DNA of 61,619 bases, filler included, from Platydemus manokwari (lineage: Eukaryota): the NCBI GenBank assembly GCA_037951405.1. It is 5 parts of 5 records of this genome, joined end to end, with 100 filler letters (N's around TTAATTAATTAA, not from the genome) between each part and the next. Parts side by side here need not be neighbours in the genome. Positions count along the whole stretch, not along the records: positions 49,599 to 61,619 come from JBBMOY010342225.1; 4 more parts are not named here. One strand, written 5' to 3'. This document shows positions 49,675-61,619 of the stretch, one piece after another. Positions within the stretch are counted from its first letter, which is position 1; every line of letters begins with the position of its first letter. The position numbers and the translations under genes are program-made. The notes beneath the pieces were generated by a model. It worked only from the letters and a program-made list of their open reading frames with translations, was not told the origin of the DNA and ran no database searches.

Positions 49675-52600
49675 TTTGTAAGCCTATAAAAATAATCATT
49701 TTTATTCTAAGATATGTTTTTATATACGTTATTATCACCTAGATCCAGAAATGATTTTCCAATATGTTTGGTGATCGATATCGTCAAATCTTTATTATAT
49801 TCTTAGCATGTTTTACTATTCATGACTTTTCTTTTTCTATGCTTTTCACATCAACAAGGCTAAATTATTACAGAAAATCAATATGGGTATCATCTGAATT
49901 TAAACTTTTTTGGAATTATTGAAAAAGAACAGGACGATTTACAGAAAATCCGATGTTTTACAGACACCGTAGAAACAGCTTAAATGTGAAATTCTGAAAA
50001 TTATTAATCTGGTTAGGTTATGTTCACCACGATTACGTCATCAATAAAAGACTAGAAAGGAGTCCTCGGGTAGAAGAAAAGATGCGTTGCCTAATAAGTG
50101 GCACAGCGAGTAGAGTGAGAGTTTTGATAAAGTTATGATGATGAGACGAGTCGAATTGTCCATAAACACGGTTACACATTATCGGAGTAAAAACCTACAA
50201 GTGACAAATCCGGCATACTATTTTCCAAAATCGAAATTTTAATTAAACAGAAATTTTTTTTAGAGAAAACTGTTCTCCTTTTACATTAAATTTCTTTCTT
50301 GAAAAATGAGCTAGATATGTGTGTTGGTGTGTTATCATTATTGATTGTTATTATTATTATTAATGATTTAATTGAAATAAATATTTCAAAATTAATTAGA
50401 AATTTTTGAAATTTCAGATAACCAATGGATAACCCGTTTGGTAAAAATAAATACCTCAGTATAGATAACAAAACAAACCAACCTGGAAAACTATTGATGT
50501 AAATCAAGATCTATTAGTTCTAGTTTTAATCAGATCTTTATAATATAAGAATGTGTTTAATAATATCGGAAAAGTTAAAATTTCATCAGCAATATTAGAT
50601 AAACACAGAGTTTTAAATCAGGCATGTCTGAAACTGCTCAATCACTAACGCGGCTCTGACTGATTATCTGACTCAGCTTCTAATTTAGGTTATCCATTTA
50701 GTTTTTTTTTAAATTCTGATATATATTACAATAAATAGACTGGCTTAACAGCTGGCACTATATTATCTCAAAAACATGTTAATCATCACAAATTAGGATC
50801 TCGTCCTGGTACTAGTTTATGCTACCAACGTAAAATCTACTTCAAACAATTACAAAACTTTTACATTTATTGCAATAATTCTGTCCTATATACAATATAT
50901 ATACAATATTTATTTCCAATAACATTTTAAGCTAAAATAGCTTATAGTGCTTGTTATTTTTGGCCTTTTTGTAAATTTTTGAAACAGCAAATGACACTGT
51001 TTGGCCATTCTTCATATATTAATTCAAAGATTTACTTATGTATACCTTGTATATTCCTTATGTATGTTAATCTGGTATTTTCCTCCTTTATTCCAATACT
51101 ACTTTTCATAATCATTTCTATTACATTAATAATGCCAGTCATAAACCTTTCATTTTCTCTAAAACTAACTAGAATGTCCTATTTCAAATCATTTATTTCT
51201 AAAAATCGATATTAATTAATTTTGTTAATGATATATTTTTGAAAAATTTTCATTATGTATGATGTTCTTGTTTTGATTTCTTACCTCTATTTCGATCAAA
51301 CGATATCAAACATGTCAGAAATCGAATGTGAGATTGGAGTTTCTAGTTGATCTATCAAAGAATCATGCAAATAATTATTTCATATTGCGGGATATTGAGT
51401 GAAGTAACATGAAGACGAGTTTCATATCGACTGGAGATTCATGAGTGAAGAAGATCCCAAAACAAATGCCTTGCACGTTAATGTGTAACGTTGTCAATAT
51501 CCAATAGTTATTGGATTTAACCCTTCGTCAACCTTAAGCATGGCATCTTGAATTTATGTTGTTGATTACATAATAAGGAAAACATAAGAATATGTTTCAG
51601 GAACTTATTGTGGAAAATTATTGAAAAGTACCGTTGCTATGGAATTATCTGTTAACCTTATAAATTATCTTTATACCATATTGAATTTTAATAATTGAAA
51701 AATTTTGGTGAATTTGCTCGAAATTTTGAATTTGAATGTCAGTCAAATCAGTTAATCAATTGGTAATGTCACCACATAACCATCTCACCACTTATTGATT
51801 GGACACTTGATGACTACCAAAGTGTTAAATCCTCTTTAATTGTTCGGTAAAATTATTTTTCATTTGTTCTCGATTACTGTGCTGAACATTTTCTGACATC
51901 AACTCCATCACGACACTAATCCAACAGTAATACACCCACTCGAAGTAGTGAAACTCTATATTTTACGTAAGTGAAAATAAAATTAAATCAACGTTTTCTA
52001 ATACCATCTCCATAACAACTTCTACCATTGCATGGCATTAACTACCAACAATAGAGGAAAGCAGAATTGATGTCACTGTTAAAATTATTGATCAAACCTA
52101 ACTCTCGATGATGATTTGCAATTGGGAAGAAAATGCAACCCATTCAAAATGAGCTCAGCTCATTGGTCAATTGAAGATATTGTTTATTTCACTATGGTGA
52201 GCAGATGCATGCACACACATGCTCATATGTGTGCTTGTATCATTATTTCTAAGATTCAATTTCGCAGTGTGTGCGTCAAATAACACATCAATTAGTATAA
52301 TATGCTACTGTTTGGTTGACGTCGATTATTATTGTATTATTATTATTGCTGTTAGGTCTTGTGATGCATTATTATTAATCGTTAGCACTAAATGAGTCTT
52401 GTTTATTAATTTTTTCAATTTTCTGGATTTATCCTACAATATTTCTATTGGTTTCAAGTAAGGATTTTTCGATTATTTTAATTAAATAAATAATAGTTTA
52501 TTAATATTATTATATAAAAAATATCAGTCGATAAAAATGTTTTGGAAATCGATAATTTATTTATGAAAATTTCGGACTATAATAATCAGACCGTGTGTTT

Positions 52601-53979
52601 GTAGCCGGTTTTTTATCTAAAGATTTTTCAGAAATTTTATTCTCATTGATTTCCAATAATTAGCTCCTGAAATCACTTGTTTGGAATTTACTTACCACTA
52701 AATTAACTTTATATTCAGTTAAAAATGTGTGCCCATTTTAATTATTTCAAAAACTTGAATTTTCAAAATAAATTTAAATAAAATCGTTATTGATTTCTAT
52801 AATATTTTGTCTGATTTGCTAGTTTTATATATTGATTATTTTTCATAACGAAACAAGAACCTGATATGCTATTTTCATAATTTTGAACTAAAAATCAACT
52901 ATATCTAACAATATTGATTTACAAATTATCGCGCACATTCAAACAAATTCAAACAGCAGCTTTTTATTATCGAATTGAAACGATGTCAAAACAGGTTTCA
53001 TTTAGTCGGATGATTATCAATTTCGAATCTCATTTTGTGTGACTATTACGAAATGATATCGAGAACCAGTCGATAGGATTATATTTCGTAAATTATCATT
53101 AATCTGATATCTATCTACAACTGAGAAAACATTCGATGACAGAATGGAAAATGATAAGTTGTTTGTGATGATAATTTTCATATTTTTTTGAAATGAATCT
53201 ATGGATTTGTGATTGGATGTGTGAATTCATCAATAAAATGTCGAATAATCGGTTGTGTATCCATGGAGATTTTTGGCATCCTATTTCCATAAATTTGTGG
53301 ACATTAGAGCTTACTTCACAAAATTATTTATGAGTGGTTTATTAAAACCATTCAGTTTACCTTTAGGTTACAACCAAAAACGACTAAACGCTGGTTAATT
53401 ATTTTAACACTCAAAATATTACCAATAATGCTTCGAAATATTTTATTCCAACGAGTTCTGTAAGACATTTTCAGACTTTGTTCCTGAACAGCTACATTGA
53501 ATGGAACATATATACCAGCTATTCTATATAAAATTGAAGTATATAAATAACGAATGATGTGTTTTATTATGAATATCATTTCGTTAATCTAACAGTTCTA
53601 TTTTTCCTTGGAGTTGTCAATGTGTATTTGTAAATGATATTTATCGAATAGCATTGCATATCACACATATCGCATACCTATGGACGATATACATCAAATA
53701 TATGGCTTTCAATTGTTATGGGAAAGTAGTATAGTAAGGAGCTATAATAATATAATTATCTTACAGAGATGAGATATGATTGAAAGTTGTTCTTATTTAT
53801 TATTCTCCTTTATATGTCGAATGAAATATGCATGATTGGTCCATTATGTTTTGAACATGTATTCGATTCGGTTCAAGTCATTCACTTGTGAAAGAACCTA
53901 ATTGTAAATCATAAATGAGAAAATTTATATCAATGTATTGGGAATACTAAAAATGAATTATCGATTATCCTTGAATTCC

Positions 53980-53980
<1 letters not shown>

Positions 53981-54047
<67 letters not shown>
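53981..54047. repeat. (AAT)n microsatellite
   Basis: Directly visible. Confidence 0.97.
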
Positions 54048-54050
<3 letters not shown>

Positions 54051-54553
54051 GAAACAATTATTAAATATTAGTGATAACCATGGTTATAATATTAATAATT
54101 GAGTTCCTTATTTGCTACAATTAGACTTCAAAGATCTGAATGGTGAAGACAATATGTTCTAAAAGAATTTTAAACTTCGATCAGGATGTATAAGATTCCT
54201 GTGATTTGTCAAATAACATTACACTGACAAGTCTCATTCAATGTTTGATGAGATCTTTATTCAATTTAAAGCTCGGAGTTGTGATGAACAAAATGTAGAA
54301 TGATATTTCTCGCCAACTGCTTTGTCAATACTTTGAAGTCTTCATCTTTGGAAATATTTCTGTCAAAATTTTCATGTGAATCTGAAAAAGGCTTCATTCG
54401 AGATCGAATGGAATAAAAGAGCTTATCCGATACCATGTGTATATCGTGTAATATATCGTCATTAATTAATTGAATGAATCTAATCGTGACATAACATGAA
54501 TATTTATGTGAAAATTCTGACAATGTACTCTATCAATTGATTCACTGTCATCA

Positions 54554-54572
54554 GTTACCATGGCATAGTAAC
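54554..54572. promoter_or_regulatory. RFX X-box-like element
   Basis: GTTACCATGGCAT overlapping CATAGTAAC, close to the consensus GTNRCC-N0-3-RGYAAC. Confidence 0.45.
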
Positions 54573-54938
54573 TATATATTGTCATTATGACGCAATCAAC
54601 TATTCTGATGTTGAATACACACACACGATTGCAATAAGTTCTCAATATTGCTCCGATAAAATTATTAATATATTACTGACAAATATGGCATGATGTTTGT
54701 TTTGTTAGGTTATAATTATTTTTTGTGATAACCCTCACGACAATTGTGTAAACAATTCATTTTATTAATTCAAACAAACCGCGATTATATTAAATATTAA
54801 ATGGTGAAATTATTCCATGGTAAACCGACTCGAATTGTGCTTGAAACGTTGATAAATTGAGCCCCCTTATCGATTCTTCATTCATTGTTTTATTATTGAT
54901 TTTTTAATGATAATATTTTTATAATCATTTTATAAAAG

Positions 54939-57900
54939 GTCAAAAACTAAATGAGAAAACATTTGTGAAAATCATGAATATCACAGATAACGGGAGAGCT
55001 ATTACCACAGTCACAGTTACGCGTACTCACAGTTTGAGAGAGACTCCTCGTCAGCACCCAAGAGAAGAACCAAGCCCTATTGATTATGGACTTTTGAAAA
55101 ATCAAAGGTCTCTTAGCAATGATAAAATTTCAACCGATAGCAAAACACCTTTATATACTCATCAACGAGGAAGTTCTTTGCGTCATAATGGCAAAACCAC
55201 ATTCCCTATTTCTTCTCCAATATCAAACAATCATCATTCATTTCAAATTATTAAACCAATCGACACATCACCAAGAACTTCCGAATCAATTATTGATCCC
55301 GATTTTGGGAAAATATCACAGAAATTCAAATTCAAGCCTCGGAGCACCAATACCGCTCAAGGAGGGCCCTTAATTCCGGATCATAGTCTAAAAATGGATT
55401 CTCAAAGAGACAATAAATTTACACCACGTCCTCCACTTTCAAAAAGATTTTCAGACCAAGATGATGCTAATTCGGACATCGATTCGAATCAATCAGTGAA
55501 GAATCCGAGATCTTATTCCATTCAAAATACTAAAGTGCCTGTTTCGAGACCGTTGATATCTCCAACGAAAGCTTTCGGTCAAAATCAAAAAGGAGTAGAA
55601 AACTGTCAAAATTCGATGGACAAATCAGATAAAAATCCTGATAGTCATGATGAATATATCAATGGTTTGGAAGACAATATCCATTCAGATTGTGAAGTTC
55701 CTCAATTATCTCCATTTGGTGTTGGTAGATCATCGTTGAGAAAAGGTTCCGATTCTCCTGATATACCAGCTAGAAATTCACCGAGTCCTACGAAAACTGT
55801 TAAATGGAATCCAAACCTGTCTGTGAAAAACATTCCCAACAGAAGCAAACCCAGAAAATCGAAACCTGAACCCAAACCAAAACCGAATGAAAATAAGGAC
55901 GAATTGAATATTGGTCATAAAGTTGTGGATAATGAAATTCAGTCTTCAATTCATTGGAATCTGGAGTAAGTTTTGTTTTTTAATCATTTTGACAACTTGT
56001 GATGATTTACAGAATCACTGGAGATGAATGATATGAGATTCAAACCATATAACCTATAATATATTTCACTTTATATACTTTAATAACGAGACTTTATTCA
56101 ACTATAATTTTGTACTCTTGAATGATTGTTGTAATTGCATACGTCTATCAACCAAGCACAACGCCATACTATTGGCTAGTAGTCATAAAAATGGATTATT
56201 ATTTAATGATCAATATGGATTCTGATATGAATTCATCACACATTAGAGTTAATGGAAAAGAATTCAATAAAATAGTCGGTGAATAATATAATGAAGCTGC
56301 TGAATGATAAATTATATTGTTCGTAGATGTTATCAAATAAAATCGAAAGTTTGATTACAAATCGATAACAGAGGACTTAAGGTTTTGTTTATTACAAATG
56401 ATATCTTGATCTACAGTTCTAATTTTAAGATATTTAAAAAGCGTTATATATATGAAATTTCTGAACTAATTAATGTTTAAATATTTTTTAAATAACGATT
56501 TATACGACTCGCTTAACTTGATATCAGACCATACTAAATGATATCTGTGAGAATATCAAATTGAATTCAATTTGAATTAGTCTAGAATTTAATTTATATT
56601 GAAATGAGTTTTATATTGAATTTAATGTTGTATTGAATTTGATTTTAAATTGAATTTAATTTTGTATTGAATTTAAATTTTTATTGAATTTAAATTTATA
56701 TTGAATTTAATTTGGTATTAAATTTTCTTTATTTGTTTAAATAATTGTCTTTAAAATAGAATCGAATGTCGAGTCTTTTCAGTTCGTTTGCGATGCGTTT
56801 TTTTAAAACAGTAGCGGCTTACAGTATCTATTATCAATAAAGCAACATATTGGTAATATTAATGATAATGCTAGGAATAATATTATCGAATAATGATAAT
56901 AATAATGACAATAAAATAATCACAAATAATAATAACGAACAATAATAATAATAACGATAATAAAATAATAATAATAATAATAATAAATAAAAATAATAAC
57001 GAATAATAAAAATAAATAATTATTATAAGTAACGAATATTAATAATAACGGATAATAATAATGAATAATGATACAAATAATAGCGAATAATAATAGCATA
57101 ATAATAATGCTAGAAATAATAATTACTGAGTATTAATAATATTTACCATACGTATAATAAGTAATAATAAACAACAATAAAAATATAATGGTAATAATTA
57201 TAATTATTAATAAAGATTATGAAAATTACTAGTTCATTAATAAATGTTACCGGAATCGTTAATATTTTTGCACAAACACACACGAAACCATTACAGATGT
57301 TTACAAACATTTCTATTTATCGCTATGAAACAAGGAAAATTATAAATGCTAGTTGATAAACTTAATTATTATATTTGATTAATAGATAAAATTAAAACAA
57401 TATATTGATTTTTCTGTAACTGTTGTTCCACTTCATGTGTTCTTTCTCAATTGTAAAGCATATGTTTATTTTTTTATTATAAAATCGACAATGATTTCTG
57501 TTAAGAGCTTCTGTATAAATAAGATGTCGATATATGCTAATGTTTAGAATCAGAGAAGAGATGATTGGATAAAAATGGAATGGGATAAAGATAATAATTG
57601 ATATATTATTAACATCATATTTGATATTGAACATCCTTGATATTCCAAAGACATTTCCAACACGAAATCCAGACAAATATCAGCCTAAAAATAACCACAT
57701 TTAAAAATACGTTCATTTTTCCTGGAACAGGAAGATGTCTGTTGTGAAAACAGTCGACTTCTCACAGAGAGGTGAAAATGTTTTGAGAAATAAAATGAGA
57801 ACACATAAAAATCGATGAGAACATATTTTTGTACTTTTTAAACTACAATAGCATTGAAAGCGCATACACTTTAGATTATGCTTGTTTTACATAAAATTTT

Positions 57901-59236
57901 TTTTGACAATTGGGTTGCAGCAATGTTTTCTCACTTTGTGATACTGTTTGAGCTTATGTCTGTCGGTTATGTTTATTACAATGTAGTATTATCATTGATT
58001 ATAATATATATGATGTGAAATCTGGAGATTGTTTGAAGGTTTATATTCTCAACTCTCTCACGTAACCAGACATCAACTTATAAGCATTGAAGCTGTTATA
58101 TCAGTGAATCTCTGTAGATAGTAGTACATCTTTACTTATTAAAGTTAGTTTTATTTTTGAAATCTCACAACGAAATTCGTCACAGAAATATTGCGACCTG
58201 TTTAATCCTGTCAATACAATCTTAGCTGCAGTTGTCATCATCACCAGTCATTATGTATACCTACAGACTATTATCAGTATTTTTAAATACCAAAAAGAAA
58301 TCATTTTGTAAGCTTTTATTATTGTAAATATCAGCGTTTTCATAACTTTGTTTGAGACTAGTCTGAAATTGTTCTGTTGGTGTCTGTCAAATTGTGTATA
58401 TGCTATATATCACGTTGTTTTTTCAATCTTGGACTTTAATATTGGTCTGCTCTTTATTTTTATTCCATCCGATATCCATCTTTCCGTTTTGTGTGTATGT
58501 ATTTATTAGAAGTTTCCGCAGTAATTGCACTTCTGGTATAAACATTATCAATATCAATAAAATAAATCATTAAATTAATGATTTAAATGTGCATTTGATT
58601 ATCAACTTTATTTTAGAGATTCTATTAGTTAAAATTATTAAAAACCGATTATTATATATAGTCAGCAAGTATAGCCTCCACATTTCATTTTCATTAAAAT
58701 CTTTGATTTTCTCAACACTTCTTGTGATCATTACGTCATCTTTATTCAGCAAGATTTAATTTCCTTATGATTTTTTTCTACAAATTTTCATAAAATACCT
58801 CGTAATTATTTTTCTCTTTTTTTGCTTATTTTCCTTTATTAAAAATCGTTTTTGACAATTGTGACCGAATTCATTCCTGTTTTGTCTTTGATCTTTATCC
58901 ATACAAGTTTGATTATTTTCTAAACCATGGAAACTGACGATTTTCCGTACTCTTTTAATTTCTTTTGGATTGAAAAATATTTATCTTTTCATCTGATCTA
59001 TTTTCAGATTGGTCGAATCTCACGAGACATTCATGCATCATTGTACGAATCTCATTCGGAATCAGATGTCTCTATTGGAAAGTTTTCGTCAAGATAAGAT
59101 CTCTCTGAGCAGTTATCAAAAGGATCTCATCGAACAAGTAGAATTTCAAAGAAAATTATTATCGAATTTCCATACGTTGTTGATTACCGGTGTTAGTAGT
59201 AATTGTGATAAATCGTCGAATAATTCTGAATTTTGA
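54939..59236 (+). CDS. Last two exons (54939-55965, 59008-59236) of a gene with a long Pro/Ser-rich disordered region and a helical tail resembling kinesin-13/KIF24 C-termini
   Basis: Acceptor AG at 54937-54938. Donor GA|GTAAGT at 55966 joins in phase to TTTTCAG|A at 59008, giving ELVESHETFMHHCTNLIRNQMSLLE..SLSSYQKDLIEQVEFQRKLLSNFH. The motor domain is not in the window, so the family call is tentative. Confidence 0.6.
56546..56823 (+). mobile_element. Solo LTR of the TRIM family, with an internal ~17-bp minisatellite (~56586-56725)
   Basis: TGTGAG...(ATTGAATTTAATTTT.T)n...TGTCGAGTCTTTTCAGTTCG...CAGTAGCGGCTTACA. Flanks ATATC/GTATC (5-bp TSD, one mismatch). Confidence 0.82.
56850..57215. repeat. 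Degenerate (AAT)n low-complexity tract
   Basis: Directly visible. Confidence 0.9.
57660..57920 (+). mobile_element. Possible piggyBac transposase remnant
   Basis: NPDKYQPK (cf. KPDKYG.K) followed by HKIFFDNW (cf. K.FFDNWF around the second catalytic Asp). Short motifs only. Confidence 0.45.
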
Positions 59237-60029
59237 TAATCCGAAGTGTGCAATCCATTAGTTGATCGTGTGTACCTGGTATCGATTGTGTACATAACTT
59301 TCTCCAATAAATCAATTGATTGTTATGTTTTGAAACTTTGAAATGATGCCAATGTTATTGATCGTTTTAAAAAATAAATGGTTCGGTTTAATATATTGAT
59401 TGCATCGTAATAGTGGATCAATGATATTTCATTCTACACACTGTATATGCCCATCATTATCCTTTATTCATTGATTGTTCTTTTTTGTTATCAAGATTAC
59501 AGCATTCCAGAATATTTATTTCTCGATTGTTTTGTTAATCTTAGTCACCATGGTTATGAAAAAAAAAATTATCTTTCTCAATTTATGTCTGAGACAAAAT
59601 AGGACTGTTTTAAGTAGAATTGTAATTCTTGATATTTAATCGTTTGTATTTTTTGTTTAAAATGATCTTCAAGAAAATCAATGATTGATATTATTTAAGG
59701 AGCAGGCTGATCAAAACTGTGAGGTTAGAAAATCATTTTGTTGAGAACTTAGATAATCGTTTTAAAGACATTCTTCAAGAACAATGTATTCGTCGAATAA
59801 GCCCGAAAAGCAGGAGTGTGCTTACAACGAGATGAGTAATTAAAAAGAAAATTTAAAAATTATTTCATCATCCCTCACTTATCCATTTAAAAAGACAAGC
59901 TAAATAAAATAATATTTATAATAGCGCACAATAAAATAAAACTTTGACCAATATATTTCATAAAATTTGATCCACATTTAATTAAAAAGGAGTCAGAGGA
60001 CATCGTCGTTGTAATATTAAAAATCTTAT

Positions 60030-60195
60030 TCTAGCTCAATTAATGAAGAAGAGAGTTCAGTAAATTTATATTATATTTGTGGATTCGTTAGAAAACTAAT
60101 CAGCCACGGCTTTGCAGCGACGGTTTATGAAAGAGTATTTTGTAGATGAAAACAATTTAAATTTATTCGTATTCATTCGTTGAACGAAATTGAAA
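60030..60195 (+). mobile_element. Possible P-element/THAP9-like transposase C-terminal remnant
   Basis: EEESSVNLYYICGFVRKLI and later FIRIH resemble the LYYIAGYV.RKL and RLH motifs. Short motifs only. Confidence 0.4.
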
Positions 60196-60669
60196 TCGGA
60201 AAACTTTTGAAATGAAATGATTTGATGTTGAAAAATTGTTTAACTTTCAAGTTTAATGATAACCGACAAATTTGAAAATAATCTCTGATGTAATATCAAA
60301 GCAAAACCTACGGACATGTCGTCTAAATAATTGAAAACAAGAAAGGAAAATTTTCTATTTACAGTAATATAAAATTCAATTCTAACACATCGTTCAGTAA
60401 CAGTTAAATTTCTATTTCAAAAACTTATTGATCATTAGATCTCGCGGAATTATTGGTTATTGATATGTTAGATTTACCATTGAAACCAAAGCAGTTTTCA
60501 ATAAATTTACAACCAGATATAGTTATTTTAAGGTTATATTGATAGTCATTACAAATTTAACAACGATAGTTTAGAAGGCCAAAAAAGTGTGCTACATCTG
60601 TTCAATATCGTTACAGCTTAATATGAGCGATAGTTACGCAGAAAGAGTGATGCAAAAACTCTAGACATG

Positions 60670-61222
60670 CATAAGCCGCTATTATTTTATGAAGCATGTA
60701 TTGGAAACGAAGCGAAAAGTCACGACAAATTATATTTAAGTTACAATTTTTTAAGATAAATTGATCTTTTATAAAACAGAATTTAAAATTTTTCAAATTT
60801 TAATTTTTTATAAATCCTCACATCCTCCTTTCTTTAAAATCTTTGATTTACTGAGTTCTTAATTATCTCTACATCAAATTCTTTAGATAAAATTCTCTGT
60901 ATTAAAATTCATTTTTCTCCACTTAATATCATTTCTATATATCTATATTATATCGTCTCTAAATCTTCTTTATATTTTCACATTTTCTTCCTTAAATATT
61001 CTCTAAAACTGCGATATATTTATTCTCTTTGCATCTTTTCTATATCTTCCTGCTTGTCTTCTATATTTCCACAGCAGAGATGCGTGGTCGTCATGTAAAC
61101 CGCTACTATTTTATAAAGAACGTGTTGAAAACGAACGGAAAAGTCAAGACAAAAAATATTTTAATTACAATTAAAGTTGATTTTAAAATTTTTCAAATTA
61201 CAGTTCATTATAAATTCTTACA
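60670..61222 (-). mobile_element. Complete 553-bp TRIM-like miniature LTR retrotransposon
   Basis: Minus strand: 5' LTR 61222-61094 (TGTAAG...GCGGTTTACA), PBS TGACGACCAC at 61093-61084, PPT AAAGAAAGGAGGA at 60835-60823, 3' LTR 60822-60670 (TGTGAG...GCGGCTTATG). Plus-strand flanks ACATG/ACATA (5-bp TSD, one mismatch). Confidence 0.85.
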
Positions 61223-61619
61223 ACATATATTGGATGAGGTAGTGTAAAATCAATGATGACCAAGTTCTTTAAAGGTGCATTTGTTAAGAAAATTGAAATA
61301 AATCCAAAAACATGAACAACTTTTACTTGGTCTAATAGAGAAGCACACAATAGAAGATTCCGAAAAATTAAAACCGAAATCATGGTAACTGTGGGGAAAA
61401 TTCAAATCAATGAATAATAATTTTAAATAATAATTTTAATGAATTTTAAAATAATAATAATAATAGTGTTTTAAAATTTATATTGTATTATTTAATATAA
61501 ATTAACTACTAAATGCTTTAAATATTTTTATCTATACCTGATAAAGATTGATGATTTTAATTTATTGTAATTATTGTTATTATTATTGTTATTATTATTA
61601 TTACTATTATCATTATTAT

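Noticed and set aside
54266-54523. 85-aa minus-strand ORF beside the X-box (also 53352-53579)
   Set aside because: No recognisable motifs, and I could not build a phase-consistent spliced model. Unresolved without RNA-seq.
56586-56725. Regular short repeats as a CRISPR-like array
   Set aside because: Head-to-tail units with no unique spacers, eukaryotic context and no cas genes. It is a minisatellite within an LTR.
61236-61257. TGAGGTAGT let-7 seed-like sequence
   Set aside because: Only the seed matches and there is no complementary 3' arm.

Overview
Very AT-rich eukaryotic (spliceosomal) genomic scaffold. The ~40-55 nt introns and the orphan GPCR type suggest a flatworm, probably a planarian (inference). 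Four 100-nt spacers (N44-TTAATTAATTAA-N44) split it into five contigs whose adjacency is unverified. Host genes reconstructed by hand: the 5' part of adenylate kinase 7 (minus, 8 exons), with an intronless class-A GPCR apparently nested in its next intron; the 5' part of a HEATR4-like gene; an intact intronless 559-aa orphan ORF with RRM-like and zinc-knuckle-like motifs; a complete 12-exon, 302-aa Ser-rich gene absent from the ORF track; the last exons of a laminin gamma chain, with a candidate 12-nt microexon; and the last two exons of a kinesin-13/KIF24-like gene. The rest is decayed transposons: Ty3/Gypsy pol and gag, several LTR families, an RLE-type non-LTR element, and pogo, mariner, Merlin, piggyBac- and P-like remnants. 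Two small LTR elements are structurally complete, with PBS, PPT and TSD. No rRNA, tRNA or CRISPR was seen. No single novel multi-gene system is demonstrable. The best leads are the two orphan genes, the miniature LTR families and the microexon. All homology calls are from recalled motifs, not database searches.
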